63,075 bases of DNA, filler included, from Rhabdomonas costata (GCA_019059605.1; 40 parts of 40 records of this genome joined end to end with filler, not necessarily neighbours in it); one strand, 5' to 3'; positions 37,817 through 50,551 are shown, counted from the whole stretch's first letter. The notes: a model not told the origin generated them from the sequence alone. Numbers and translations: made by a program.

Positions 37817-39699
37817 NNNNNNNNNNNNNNNNNNNNNNNNNNNNNNNNNNNNNNNNNNNNTTAATTAATTAANNNNNNNNNNNNNNNNNNNNNNNNNNNN
37901 NNNNNNNNNNNNNNNNGGTGGGGTGGGGAAGGGCGCCCTCGAAACGGCTATATTTATGGAGAGGTACATCAGTGGGCACAGCGCTCGTGCTTCGCAGTGT
38001 GCGGCAAGTGTTGGATCAGCTGTGACCTGCGTTCTGTTTTTCATCGATTTTGTGGCTTTGACTTTCGACGAGGTCCTCTGATTTGTGTAGCACTTGACAC
38101 GTGTCTGATGAGATGGCCCATCCCTCTGTAATGGCGGGCAACGACTGAACGTTTTATTGTGATGCTATGTTTGAAGGGAGGGAGGGAGGAAGCGGTGGTC
38201 TTTACATGTTATGTTTGTGAGTCGGTAGTTTCGACATAGCATGAGTTGAAAACAACCAATGCCAATACGTTCGCCCCAAGCCTGGCTTCATGGACTAATT
38301 ATTCCGGTTCGATCCGAATGCCTAAGCGGTCCAACTTGATTTCTGTGCTTGCTGCAGAAACGAAGAAAAGCTCCGTGAGAAAATGCGGACTGCAGAGTCC
38401 AGAGGGCAGAAACCATTCAAGCAGAGAAACTCATGATGGGGGGGTTGGAACGGACACGAACAACCTGTGACAAAACCTCTGTGATCACCATTGTATATAT
38501 ACCAAACTAATTTGACCCATTTAATTCCCTTTTTCCATTTGCCTTAAACGGTATCCCTGCAGCCGCCCGCGCCCCGCTCCCCCCGGTTAAGAGACAATGT
38601 TGGGCCACGTGACCTGCCTCTTTCAGCACCAACATTGTCTGAATCTGGGGGGAGGGGGGGGGGTGCGAGGCCATCCACTATTGCATCCGGGCCACGGACT
38701 GCATGAAATGACACCTTTTTAGCAAAGACAACCCCCCAACAAGAATAAAGGCCAAAAATGAGAAAAAAAAACCCGTAAATTTAAAAATGATCACAGCGAT
38801 TTGTCACAGGTTGAAGGTTCGCTCACAGCGACAACAATCTGGTGAGCGTGATCACAGGACAAAGAATATCAGCAATGCACACAGGAGGCTCTCAATGTTG
38901 CCATGTTGCCAAAGCAGCTTCCTGTTTGCCCTGCGGTGTGCGATGTGTCTTGAGAGCTTTTCGTGGTGTGGAGTTTGAATTGTTTTTGGAGGGTTTGGAG
39001 ATGGCTTCGGGATCGTCATCTTCGTCGAGCAAAGGTGAGTGCGGGTTACAGCTTGGCTTTTGTAGTTCGTGGCTCCTTGTTTGTCGTTCAGAAAGGCAAT
39101 GCTGCAGCTATCGTATATATAGCAGGCTGTGGATTTTCAAACAACCCTTACCACTCACCAGAACCGTCCAGAAACGTGCATTGCCGTTGGGTTGTGTGGA
39201 TGTGTGTGTTTGGTGTGCAATCGCCCCTCAACCCCACCCCACTCCACTTCCGATGTCCAACCTCTTTTCCGAACCGAAAAAGGGGTGCTGGCACCCTCCA
39301 CACCCCCGCGGCAGGGCACGGGAATTGTCGCCGCGGGCGCGGCTGCCGCCTCGGGCTGGACTCAGCGCTCTCCACTCCGCCCCAGCCCCACAAACNNNNN
39401 NNNNNNNNNNNNNNNNNNNNNNNNNNNNNNNNNNNNNNNTTAATTAATTAANNNNNNNNNNNNNNNNNNNNNNNNNNNNNNNNNNNNNNNNNNNNTGTGG
39501 GTGGTGGATTGGTGAAGCTTTCAGTGGTTCCGTTGCATGTGTGGCTGGGTAAGGTGCATTCTGAGGCGTCTACGGTGGTTCGGTGCTCTTGGCGGGTGTG
39601 GGATTGAAGTTGGGTTGGGTCGTGCTGGTGTGGGTGTGTGGCTTCTGTGGTGCAATGGATAGTACGTGGCTTGTAGTGTGTGCAGGGTTGCTGGAATGC

Positions 39700-40975
39700 C
39701 AAGGCGTCTGGAACGCCGAGACAGATGAAATTTGAAGGCTTCTGGAATTCCACCTCAGACGACCACGACAACCGAGCGGTCAACGCGAAATCACAGGAAG
39801 CCTTCTACTAGTGTCCATCTAATGCCCAACCTGACCAACTCCTTCGACACCGCATCGACCTTGTCCTGCCACTGCGAATACCACCAGACCCCATTTTTAT
39901 GGGCACAATGCACTTGAACATGTTTTCTTTCGTTTCTTTTTTTGAGGTTTTCAAGCTAGACCACCAGAACGTTTTGAACAACGCCGATCCATGAACGTCG
40001 AAGAGGCGTCCAACTTTTTTGTTCTGGCTACATTCTAAATGGACTACCATGCCCACGCCCAACACACCGAAGTCTCCACAAACTCCACGAGATGAAACAT
40101 CCGACATCTTCAACCTCACCCTGTCCGACCCACCCTCGACAGATCGGCGACGTCCAACAAGTATTTGATCAGCACCAAACGTCTTCTGACCGACTTTCTG
40201 CGCGCTGACCTGTCGATTATGATACCTCCCTCGACTCACCACCGACCTGTCCTACATCTCCTACTGTTTCTACTGGTTGTCGAGATCACATCCGGATCCA
40301 GAATATCTTGGCGACACGAATTCGAGACACCAGTGGAGGTTCAATCAGGAACCTGGTGTGCTGACCACTTCGGAATCATCAACACTCGGGACTCCGGATT
40401 TCTTTAGAGAGAGTAAGATCTCATCGGTTCTTCCGACTTACTTCCATGTTCACCCGAGTTCAACCTCCTTCGCACGTTCACACATGTTCCTGGTTCCACA
40501 GGGTTTTGTGCGAGAAATTTCCCATAGTTTCCTAGTTTTTTCTTTTTCTTTAGATTTTATGATTTCTTGCACAGGTCCAGTCAACATCAATCATGTGATT
40601 TCCCACCTCGTCTTCACATCAGCCCGGTCGCACCACTGTCGTGCTTTCCAATTTGTTACCATTAATGCGCCAGTTCACTTCAAATATAATTTTCACCACA
40701 TCCACCGTCTATTCTCTACACCTTTCCTGCAAATCTTGTGGTTTTTGGGCTCCTTCATTCCAAGCCCTTTGCAGAAAATACGACTTTCATCCATTATTAT
40801 CCATTTTTTCTTTAAACTGGTGCGCCTCTGCTTCTTCTGCCTCTCTTTGGACACAGTTTTTGACGACACCTACCCTCAACACACGAAACCGCTAGAAAAG
40901 CCCATGGCATACCCACGCCGTACCACCTTGCGGCCACTTTTCCGTTGGAAATTCCGGTTTGTTCAATTCGCACTC
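39700..40975 (-). mobile_element. Possible highly decayed retroelement coding remnant
   Basis: Purine-skewed minus strand with many stops; fragment VVKIIFE/GALMVTNWKARQW faintly resembles the Dam-MT C-terminal KI....LV.P.W...W pattern. Confidence 0.2.
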
Positions 40976-41228
40976 NNNNNNNNNNNNNNNNNNNNNNNNN
41001 NNNNNNNNNNNNNNNNNNNTTAATTAATTAANNNNNNNNNNNNNNNNNNNNNNNNNNNNNNNNNNNNNNNNNNNNTGTGGGGGTTCTAATTGTGCATGTT
41101 ATCCCCTAACGTAGTAGTTGTCTCGTTTCCGCACCATTCGGCACCACTTCAACTTGTCTTTTTCTTTCCCCATGACAAGTTGCTTGGTGTGTTCTCTGAT
41201 GGACGGCCTCCAACGCGACCTTACACAG

Positions 41229-42545
41229 GTTTCTGGGCACCGTCCTGCAAGCCAACGCCTGGGTGCGGGTCGTTGCACAGCAGAACTGCTCTGTGGCTAC
41301 CTTGGTGGACGCCCCCCAGGCCTCTGCTCAATGGGTGTACGGGGCCCAGCAGGCCACGTACACCACCGTTTTTGTGCGAGGCGGAAACTACAGCTTGTGC
41401 TACTTCATGTCCCCAGGAGGTTTGTGCGCGTGGTTTGCAGTTCTCATTATGTTTCATTGTGTGGTTGGTGGTTTTTGTTGCTGTCTTTGCTTTCTTGGTA
41501 GGGTTGTTAGTGCAACGGAAACCGAAGGTTATGCTGCTTTGCATTGTTTTGTTTTGATTCATTCACCCCCTTCACAGTTCAACCAGTCAGTTTTAGACGA
41601 GCTGTTTGGTGGGTTTTCGTCTTGCCCCCACCTCCACCCCAACCCGACACAAACACCTTACGACCCATGGTACCAGTGTAACAGTGGGTTCTAGAGGTGA
41701 GCATTACATGGCCATCCACGAGAGTGTGGGTCACACCGGCAGCACATAAGAACAGCAGACAGGGGATTACAGGGGATTAATACAAAAGCGATACATTCCG
41801 TTTCGTTTGTGTGGTGAACCCCCTACCCTCCCTCACTATCCAGGGGACAGCGATCACTACCCAGCTGGAGATCGTGCAAGAGGAAGGGTTCCGCATCGGA
41901 TTAAAGGGGAACACACTTCTTCTGTAATTCCCGTCCATGGCTGGGAACGTTGCCACAGTCCCCCCTGGGTTTTCTGGTTACTTCACTCTCTTCAGTAAAA
42001 CCCAGCATATGCACCGTAGTCCTGCTTCACACGAGCTATAAAAAAGCATTTGCTCATATGGCCCGCGTCACCTCAAAAGTAAGAGGTGACCATAAAATCA
42101 GCTTGAAAGAATAAGCACAACCGATATGCACTGGAGCCCAGTTTTTTCACCACCCGTTTTAGCTTCGAAAACGCCTGATTTAGTGCACACTTTTGTAAGT
42201 TGTGACTTTTTTGAGGTGACGCGGACAATATTCAGAACCAGAGGCGGGCCCAAAGTGGGTGGTGCTGGGGGAGGTTCATTGCTGCGCTCACCGTCCTCTT
42301 ACAGGGGTGGTGACCTTTCCTTCGGTTATGGTGTGGGGTCCCTCGGTGGAGCCCTATCCCAACGTTGTGGCGGTGGGAACGAGCCAGAACGTCACCGTGG
42401 GGGGCTACGGGCTGGGCTCGGTGGATAGCATGGCCTTCGTGTACAGCTCCAGCCCCTCGGCCGCAGGGAACTGCTCCGCCGTGGGGTCGGGCTCCGTGGT
42501 GGTGGCAGGGTCCTACTCCACGGCAAACCCCACAGCGGCGGCATT
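41229..42545 (+). CDS. Fragment of a large extracellular beta-rich glycoprotein, exons 41229-41419 and 42305-contig end
   Basis: ...QQNCSVA...FVRGGNYSLCYFMSPG|GVVTFPSVMVWGP...SQNVTVGGYGL...AGNCSAVG; phase-1 GT-AG intron; several N-x-S/T sequons. Confidence 0.6.
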
Positions 42546-42655
42546 CACACCACCCNNNNNNNNNNNNNNNNNNNNNNNNNNNNNNNNNNNNNNNNNNNNT
42601 TAATTAATTAANNNNNNNNNNNNNNNNNNNNNNNNNNNNNNNNNNNNNNNNNNNN

Positions 42656-43400
42656 CCCCCGCTGTGGGGGACCGCGCCCCAAGCCCTGCTGCTTCCGGAG
42701 GGGTGCCCGTGGCGCCTGTGCCTGTGGTCACGGTCTCCGCATCGCTCCCCAACGATGCCGCTGAGCTGGACGATGACCCGATGTGCCTGGTGGACACCGC
42801 CGCGCCGATCGAGGTGCAGCAAGTCCAGAAGGTGAGTGTGTGCCTGTGTTCTTTCGGGGTTCTCTTCAGTTGAATTGGTTTCGTCGATGGAATGGATTTG
42901 CGTTCACCTCGTCTCCAGGATATTTTTCTCGGTCACAGTTAAGCTATGGCATAATGTGCTATGTTTGGGTATCTTTTCTGTCTTCTGTGTTTCCAGGTTT
43001 TCATCGTTTAGCCAATTTCACCTTGCTCCGCTTTCCACTCCTATGGACATCTTGCTTCACGTGTCGATTGCAGGACTGGAACGCTGAGCTGCGATCGTTG
43101 AAGAGTCAGGCTGACCGAGAGCTGGAGTTCCTGCGGCTGCGGCACATCCAGGATATCGAGGAGGCAAGGGCGGCTGGTGTGTGCAGCGATTCCAATTTTA
43201 CGCAACTGCGTCGCCACATATGGAATTTCCCGCGCCGATGCACCAGGAGTCTTCCTTAAAAATTTGGCGTCATTACTAAAGGTGTGAGCGAGGACGTGCT
43301 GGCACGGCTGCGGGAGGAGCACGAGCAGGAGTTGCAGATGATGCGGGAGCAGAACGTGCTGCTCAAGGAGGAGATCCTCCGGCAGAAGAAGAAGGAGGAG
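42656..43400 (+). CDS. Coiled-coil protein fragment, exons to 42831, 43074-43176, 43282-~43400
   Basis: VQQVQK|DWNAELRSLKSQADRELEFLRLRHIQDIEEARAAG|VSEDVLARLREEHEQELQMMREQN; phase-consistent GT-AG introns; last donor possibly GAG|GC. Confidence 0.7.
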
Positions 43401-43878
43401 GCTGCGGCCCTACTGAGGCACTGTCGCGCGTTTTTTTTTCCTGCCGCCCCCACCCTACCGGACTCTACGCTAGCTCTTTTTTCTTCTTTTTTTTCTTGCC
43501 TCATCCTTCAGTGCGTATCTTTGTTTTTGAGCGATGGGTGGTTTCTGGTGGAGATTGTTCGACACGGTCGGAGAGACGGTGAGCTTGTCCCTTTGGCAAA
43601 CTGTGGGTGCAGACTTTGGCTACGACTTCTCTTAAACAGAGGAAAACAGAGGAGGTGGATTTTGGATGATTGCTCGAAGTTGAGCCTGGGTCCAGGTGTC
43701 GTTCAATCAAAGGAATCAAAGAGGAAGCACAATTTTGAAAGTGTATAAGTGTATGCAGCCGTGCTTCTGAGTTTCTGCCTTCCATGCTTAAGAACAGTTT
43801 CTATTACCCTTCTTTTTATGATTTTTCTTTACAATTGTGCTTTTTCCTCTTGTGTATTTGTTTCTCTCCTTCGTGGCC

Positions 43879-44110
43879 ATGCCTTTCCAAAGCCCGCTGC
43901 ATCCCTCTGGCCTCTCCGAGGTTCACCTGGGCGGGCTTTTCTGTGTTGCTATACTTGTGATAGCAGCAGCCCCCATTGCTTCGCTCGCGGGAGACTTCCC
44001 TGGGGGTGGCACCAGTGTATGCTTCATCAGCGACAACTCCACGGTGGTCAACACCAACTTCACTGCCCTTTCTGGAGCCACCAACTTCAGCGTGGAGTAC
44101 TGGTTCTACA
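43879..44110 (+). CDS. Possible N-terminus of a secreted LamG/ConA-like domain protein
   Basis: Hydrophobic LFCVAILVIAAAPIASLAG then GGGTSVCF...LSGATNFSVEYWFY (F[ST]VE.W LamG strand). Confidence 0.45.
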
Positions 44111-44234
44111 CCCACAACCCAAACACACCAACAGNNNNNNNNNNNNNNNNNNNNNNNNNNNNNNNNNNNNNNNNNNNNTTAATTAATTAANNNNNNNNNN
44201 NNNNNNNNNNNNNNNNNNNNNNNNNNNNNNNNNN

Positions 44235-44860
44235 GTGGTGTTGGTAGCAGACATGCGCGCTTACAACGTGACATGGCTCAAACCCCCCTCCTCTCTCCCT
44301 TCCCTCGCTTGCTTCCCTGCTACCAACACGCAACTTTGCCAATCTCTTCTTCACAAAACTGGACCTAAAGAATTGCTTTGGTCCATCAATCTGCCTCCCT
44401 CCGTATCCGGTGTCTTTTGCTTTACAGTTGATTCCCACAACGCGACCACCTCCTTTGCCGCGCGCGCGCGCTTCCCTTTGGCTGGCGGTGGTGTCTGCAC
44501 CTCGCCCACAAGACTGTTGAGATTCGCCTCCAGCCGCTTTTCACCCTCGCACCCTTGGTATGGCTTGATGACCTACTTATTGCACATACAGATCCACACT
44601 ATCTTATCTTCCTTACCCACTACGCTGTTTTTCTTCTCGAAATTGCCGGCTTCATTCTGAGCACCAAATCACAACTGACACAGACCTCGCTTACGTGGCT
44701 CGGGAAGACTCTTTCGGCACATGAAGAGGTGGCCAACTCCCTTCCTCGCATGGGCCAACTCCTCATTGAAATTTGGTTTCTGCACACACGCCGCTGCACT
44801 TTTCGTTCTCTATAACGTGCTTGGTTTGCTTCAATGGATGGCATCTCCTTGCTCTCCTGT
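44235..44860 (+). mobile_element. Frameshifted reverse transcriptase of DIRS/Ngaro (tyrosine-recombinase retrotransposon) type
   Basis: Ordered RT motifs across frames: LVADMRAYN, FTKLDLKNCF(W)SINLP, LPFGWRW, LVWLDDLLI, AGFILSTKSQL..TSLTWLGK, LGLLQW. Confidence 0.8.
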
Positions 44861-47057
44861 GGGGTCAGGTCTCCCTCCGCTCTCTTCCGGGTATGTATTT
44901 TTATCGACAATCTCTCTTCTTTCTTCACTCTGCAAACCGGTCGGGTTTCCTTCCGCACACCTCATAGAGCCCGAATTCTTCTTTCATACTCCGCCTCTGT
45001 TTCGCAGAAAATCTGGACATGCAAGTGGTGCATGTGCGATCCTCCCACAACCCCGCGGACCCATTTTCCCGGCCAGAGCGCATCTCATCGACACCAGCCA
45101 TCCACCCACCTCACAAGTTACACATTCCTCCTATACCTACGCGCCCTGCCACCCTGTCTGACGCTCCGAGTTTCCCACTGCGATGAGTGTGCGTTCTGAG
45201 CATTCTTTTCCACTCCCTGCGCTAACTTTCAGTATCAGAAAATGCTGAGTTGAAAATTCTCAGTCGAAAATCCCAAGACGACGGCCACAAGAAAAAGTGC
45301 ACAGTGTACGTTGATGGTGGTCTCGTCTTTTCTGCTCACTTTCGACTTTTAAAAGCGAAAGTAAAGGAAATATCGTCGAACAGACCAAGACGTGTCTGTC
45401 CAGTGTGTCACATTCCGAGCCTCGAGCCGCCACACTGCTCTTGCCTAGAAGGATTAGGTAGTATGAGGAGTCCTCAATATGCATAACGGCGAACGGTTTA
45501 AAAAATCCAAAGTAGCGTATCATGGGGATCGCTCTGTTTTTTGTTTCGTAAATGCTGAGCCTTGAAGTGGGTCGTGTCCAAATTAAGTTGCTGCTTCCTG
45601 TTTTTTCATTCAAAGCTCCGCGTCCCACAATCTTCAGAGAAAATTATCGCCCAGAATCGGCAAAAAACCTTTCCAGAATTGAACAACTTTTACTAGGAAC
45701 TTGCAAACCAACANNNNNNNNNNNNNNNNNNNNNNNNNNNNNNNNNNNNNNNNNNNNTTAATTAATTAANNNNNNNNNNNNNNNNNNNNNNNNNNNNNNN
45801 NNNNNNNNNNNNNGTGTTGTTCCGGAACACACAAAATTAGGGTATGAAAGAGGTGTGCTGTGGAGGGACGGAGCATGTGCGAAACATGTGTACAGGGAAA
45901 ACGGGAAAATATCAGTGCCCGTGGTTGGCCGTCAGCTTGATTTTTTTTGCTCGGAGTTGTCGACGTTTCAGGACTTGATGTTTTCGCCTACCCCAGGTTT
46001 GTACGGGTGGGCTATCCGATGGAAGTGGTCGGGACAGCCGACTTGAAGACTAGGTAGTAGCTCGACCAGCGCGTTTCCGTCCATTTTTCTCAAAAGCCCC
46101 AAAAGATCGTGTTTGGGTTTGGACCGATCCCCCCATTTTTTGTGGTCGGGGAATAAGAAAAACACGATTTGGAGCTTCGCTTCGAGCTCTCCGGGATTAA
46201 AGAAAATTCTCCTTCCGGGAATCGAACCAACTTTTTTTTGAGGTCGGGGGTTCCGCGAACCCGCTTTACCCGATTTGCGATTTGAGCCGTTTTTGAGGTC
46301 TTTTACTGCGTTTTCAGCCTATATTTGCGTTTACGTTGGCCTTTTTGAGCACTCACAGCATTCACAGCATCCATTCACAAGTAAAGAAAGACGGCGCCCC
46401 GGGGTGAGCACAGAGCACATCCTGAAAGGTAGTGTTCACAGGGTTTCTATTATCCACAGCTTGGGCGGCTGGGGTATGGCAGGAGTTGTTTGGGAATGCC
46501 AAGATATAAACCGGGAGTGGTCGGTTTGTTGCATTGGCTGCAGTTGGGGTCCTGCGAACTGCGAAGGGGTCGAAGGTCTCATGGCTTGAAGCACCGGTGT
46601 GTCAGCAAGAAGGTACGGCGTGTTTGAGACTTAACCCGACGTTGTCGACCTCTGGTCTCCCTTATCCCTATCCCCAAAAAGGTCATAATCAAAAAACCGG
46701 GTTTTTTGTTTTGATGGTTTTGGTTTCTTTTTTTTTGGTTCTTTGGTTTTTTGGTTCTTTGGTTTTTTTGGTTTTTAGTTTTTTTTTTTTTACATTCCTG
46801 TATTCTTGCCGTTCGTCTTATGCTGCCGAGCACGTGGAGTTAGTTAGTTTGGAGATTGCGAAAGTTGGTTCTGTCTCACTCCACAGCGCACTTTTGCAAT
46901 TGTTCGTGTTAATGTTACGTCCTGTGCGACTCATTCACCGCTGCCTTCGCGTTTTAAACCCCACTCCGTGCCGTTGGGAGAGCCACACAAAGTGTTCCCA
47001 ACCGGTTGATCTGCAGTCGGCGATAAATGAATGGGAGATGACTGGTTCCCTCTTCAG

Positions 47058-47202
47058 TCTGCGGGAGTTGGGGAACAGGCTGCTGCAGAAGCACTATGTC
47101 AAAGGTGAGTACGAGGAAGTCAAAAAATACTTCCAGATATTGTTCGAATGGAGGTTGGTGGATCGCGCTTCTTACACGTGGCTGTTCGCTTCGTTGACGA
47201 AG
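47058..47202 (+). CDS. Exon with a pentatricopeptide (PPR)-like repeat
   Basis: CAG|...AAG|GT exon LRELGNRLLQKHYVKGEYEEVKKYFQILFEWRLVDRASYTWLFASLTK (N.ll..y...G..ee...f; D..sYt.l). Confidence 0.55.
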
Positions 47203-47749
47203 GTGTTGCACCCACACTTTACTTCGCTTTTTGTTGTTGTTGGGTTCCGACCTTGTTAGTGGTGCCTTGGTTTGCCACCCACCACCCAAACANNNNNNNN
47301 NNNNNNNNNNNNNNNNNNNNNNNNNNNNNNNNNNNNTTAATTAATTAANNNNNNNNNNNNNNNNNNNNNNNNNNNNNNNNNNNNNNNNNNNNGGGGGTGG
47401 TTGGAAAGGTCGTCTCAGACCGAGGGAGAAGCCAGAAATCAGGAGACCGGAAGGGGCCGTTCCGGAGCCGCCTGCGCCGCAAGATTCGACCGAGAGCGTT
47501 GGAGATGAGGTCAAGGAGCTTCGAAGGTTGCAAGAAGTGTTGATAGAACGACCTAGAGACGGCGAAGAAGGGTATGAAGAGTGGTTGAAGCAGGCCAGAG
47601 CATCTAAGGAGGAGTTGACTGGCCGGGGAAGTCCAGAAGGTCACCGGTTAGGTGCTATGCAGTCATATGGTGTGGGAGAAGACGCTCATGGAGAGATAAT
47701 GCAAAGAAGGCTTCCGGGAAAGCACTATAAGCCGGTGTTCAGTCCGGAA

Positions 47750-48192
47750 GAAGAGGTGAAGTTAGACTCTCGTGTTTTTGGAGAGGCACATGTCACATGT
47801 CACAGGCTGTTGGTAACACCGTGCATGGATTTGTCCAAGAGGCATAACCAGTTGCCGAGGTATTTTACGGCAGAGAAGGGGGATGAGGCAGCGCTAGGAT
47901 GTAACTCATTCGCGTATGAGTGGAGTCCAGAGGTTTGCTTGTACGCAAATCCTCCGTTGAGTTTAATCCCTTTGGTGCTGAAGAAGATTTGCAGAGATTA
48001 AAGGCGAGTGTTTCTAGTTACGCCAAACTGGACGTACGCACCTTGGTTTCATCTGTTGGAGTAAATTACAGTGCGGATGTGTTGAGAGGAGGTAAGCTTT
48101 ATTTGTCAGAGAATTTGGAGCTGAGGCCCTTGCCAATGTGGCCGACATTGTTTTAGTTCATGGTCGGTAAAGAATTTGAGGGGGTGGTGTAA
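47750..48192 (+). pseudogene. Second decayed Dam-type N6-adenine methyltransferase, homologous to 6653-7075
   Basis: PCMDLSKRHNQLPRYFTA...CNSFAYEWSPEVCLYANPPLSLIPLVLKKICRD*RRVFLVTPNWTYAPWFHLLE*...GKLYLSENLELRPLPMWPT; NPPL at 47948-47959; stops at 47999 and 48062 plus a frameshift. Confidence 0.85.
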
Positions 48193-48741
48193 CAAGAGGC
48201 GATGTGAATAGAGCTTGGAGAATTATGGATTGAGAAGTTACGGAGCCTGAGAATGCGACTGTGCAGCAGAAGGATCTTCAGAGTTGATCCAGAGAGGTGG
48301 TTGCGGAGCAGTCGATATCCTTTCTTTCTTGAGAGTGAGCGGGAGAGTCATTTTTTGTTGTTTCTTTTTCAGGAGTTGCTGGCGAAGAGGATACACAGAG
48401 GAGTTCATCTCAGAGGAGGCTTTATGCGGTGGAGGTTTGGGTATTGTGGACGTGGAGGAGAGAACGTTGTGTCGTAAGGCTTGTGTCAGTGTGTGAGTGC
48501 TGATCAAGTGTGCTGACTAACTACTCAAGATTTGAGTGTGTGGTAGTCGAGCAGAGTGGCGTGTTGGCGGAAGAGTGCAGCTGAGCGAGGCTTTGCAAGA
48601 TGCCATCAAGCTATCAAGCAGTCATATGGCGGAGTTCGGAGATGTGGTTGTGTGAATGTCATGGTCCATGCGCGTGATGTTCAGAGCTGGACAGTCATGA
48701 GTGATCGGCCGTCCCCCGTCTGTTGGGACGTTCTCCGTCCT

Positions 48742-48872
48742 AGCAGGGGAGCGTGTAACGGTCCAGGTCACCCAGGTGTTCCTCATTCACGAGTTAGATA
48801 GCCAGGACATCAAGGTGTTTCCAGAGACTAGTTTCCAGAGGTTTCATAGAGATTCCATAGAGCCAACAACAA
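48742..48872 (+). mobile_element. Candidate polypurine tract and start of a 3' LTR
   Basis: TTGGGACG...TAGCAGGGGAGCG|TGTAACG with TG at 48754 resembles Ty3/Gypsy PPT-LTR junctions; an alternative GAGGGGGTGG|TGTAACA lies at 48178-48194. Confidence 0.4.
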
Positions 48873-50176
48873 NNNNNNNNNNNNNNNNNNNNNNNNNNNN
48901 NNNNNNNNNNNNNNNNTTAATTAATTAANNNNNNNNNNNNNNNNNNNNNNNNNNNNNNNNNNNNNNNNNNNNGGGTGGGGGGTAGAGCTAGAAAATGACG
49001 CATGAATCATCCGGACCTTGGCAAGCATTCGCACTGCAGGGTGCAGTAGCTGTTCAATATAAAATGTTCAATCCCTGAATTATAATAGTGGCCTTGCAGA
49101 AAAGAACCCCGTTTCTGGGGCCAGAGCGTAGAGCCCCGCAAGCAGAAGCAATGAAAAGGGCGGAGAAGTGAGAGAGAAAGCCGCACCGGTTCCTATCCCG
49201 TTACAGATGGCTAAGCTATGAGGCCACTGATCCCCACTGAAAGTCCAAATAAGAACGTTCATTCAAACAGAGACATACCAGCCGCTGTAGCAAGGGGATA
49301 GCGTAGGCCAAGGTTTTTCCTGTATGTTGAAATGAGCAGACTGTGAAGTTCAGTGAATAACTGAGCGTGGCCTTTCATTGTCGCTCTGCCTTTCATTTTC
49401 ATGCGGTTATTGCAGATCATACACAAATTCCTTCAGTTCAAGTCAAGTAATTTATGGCGATGCAATACTTTCAAAATTCTGATAAAAACAGAATAATGTA
49501 TGTGCTGTGGAAAATCTTGGCGTCAACCAAACTACTTGAGTAAGCCGGTACCAAAACAGAAGCCCCAGGAGAAATATTGCTTCAAGGGGATGAGATGAGA
49601 TGAGCTGATAAAGGTTGCTGGTTAAAAATACGAATGAATGAGTGGAAAAATCACCAGACGAGGACTATTGGAGTCAGGGGACGTCGCCTGGATGCCAGAA
49701 ATAGTGGTGTTGCGTTGCATGTGGACAGAAAGTGGCATGGCCAAGGTGGAAAAGGTGTCAGTAGAGAAGAGCCTCACCAAGGTCATTGCCCCATCAGTTT
49801 CACCATGGAGACCATGGAGCAAAAAAAAAAAGTAAAGAGAGCGGAAAAAAAGCAGCGTTTTCGCTCGCGTGGCGTGCGAAATGTTGAATTCTGGGGGGGG
49901 GGACTTTTATTATTTTGTATGCTGATAGTGCCAGCAGTTATTTTTTGTCAGTTCAGAATGGGCTGCTGCAAAAAGTGACCATTAAAACTGCCGTGTCACA
50001 TTTTATTTTCTATGGTGTGCCTTTTATGCGCTTCTTTTAGGAACTATTATTACTACTTTTAGAGTTATGAGATGAAGGGAAAGATGTGATTACCATCTAC
50101 CGTAAATTTTGAACATAGAGGAGCATGTCAGCAACACGTTAGACGTGTGAGAGCAAAGTTCCGAGCAAAAGCATGC

Positions 50177-50399
50177 CTGAGCCTGTCTCGGACTTAATCA
50201 GGACGTCACCTTCCCCCATCATAGGCTTAAAGGAGTCCACTTGGATCGGAGTCAGGCGGGTAATCCCGAACTTACCTAGGCTCTGCTTCAGCCACGGGTG
50301 CAGGGGCAGGGACTCCACAGCCGGCGCAGATGCTGGCAGCACCCCACAGGTTTCCATAGGTTTCGCCTCCCGCCGCCCCAGCGGCTCCGCGTTCAGAAA
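50177..50399 (-). CDS. DEAD-box RNA helicase exon (Q motif and start of motif I; DDX31/DBP7-like)
   Basis: LPLHPWLKQSLGKFGITRLTPIQVDSFKPMMGEGDVLIKSETGSG; CAG acceptor, CAG|GC donor splitting GSG-KT. Confidence 0.85.
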
Positions 50400-50551
50400 C
50401 TGAATTTCTCGCGACCCAACCACGTGCAACTACCCAGCGCACACCACAACCNNNNNNNNNNNNNNNNNNNNNNNNNNNNNNNNNNNNNNNNNNNNTTAAT
50501 TAATTAANNNNNNNNNNNNNNNNNNNNNNNNNNNNNNNNNNNNNNNNNNNN

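Noticed and set aside
46207-46230. tRNA gene on the minus strand (GGTTCGATTCCCGG T-arm/B-box)
   Set aside because: No D-arm, anticodon arm or acceptor 5' half; at most a tRNA-derived fragment. Same for GGGTTCGGATCTC near 34420-34433.
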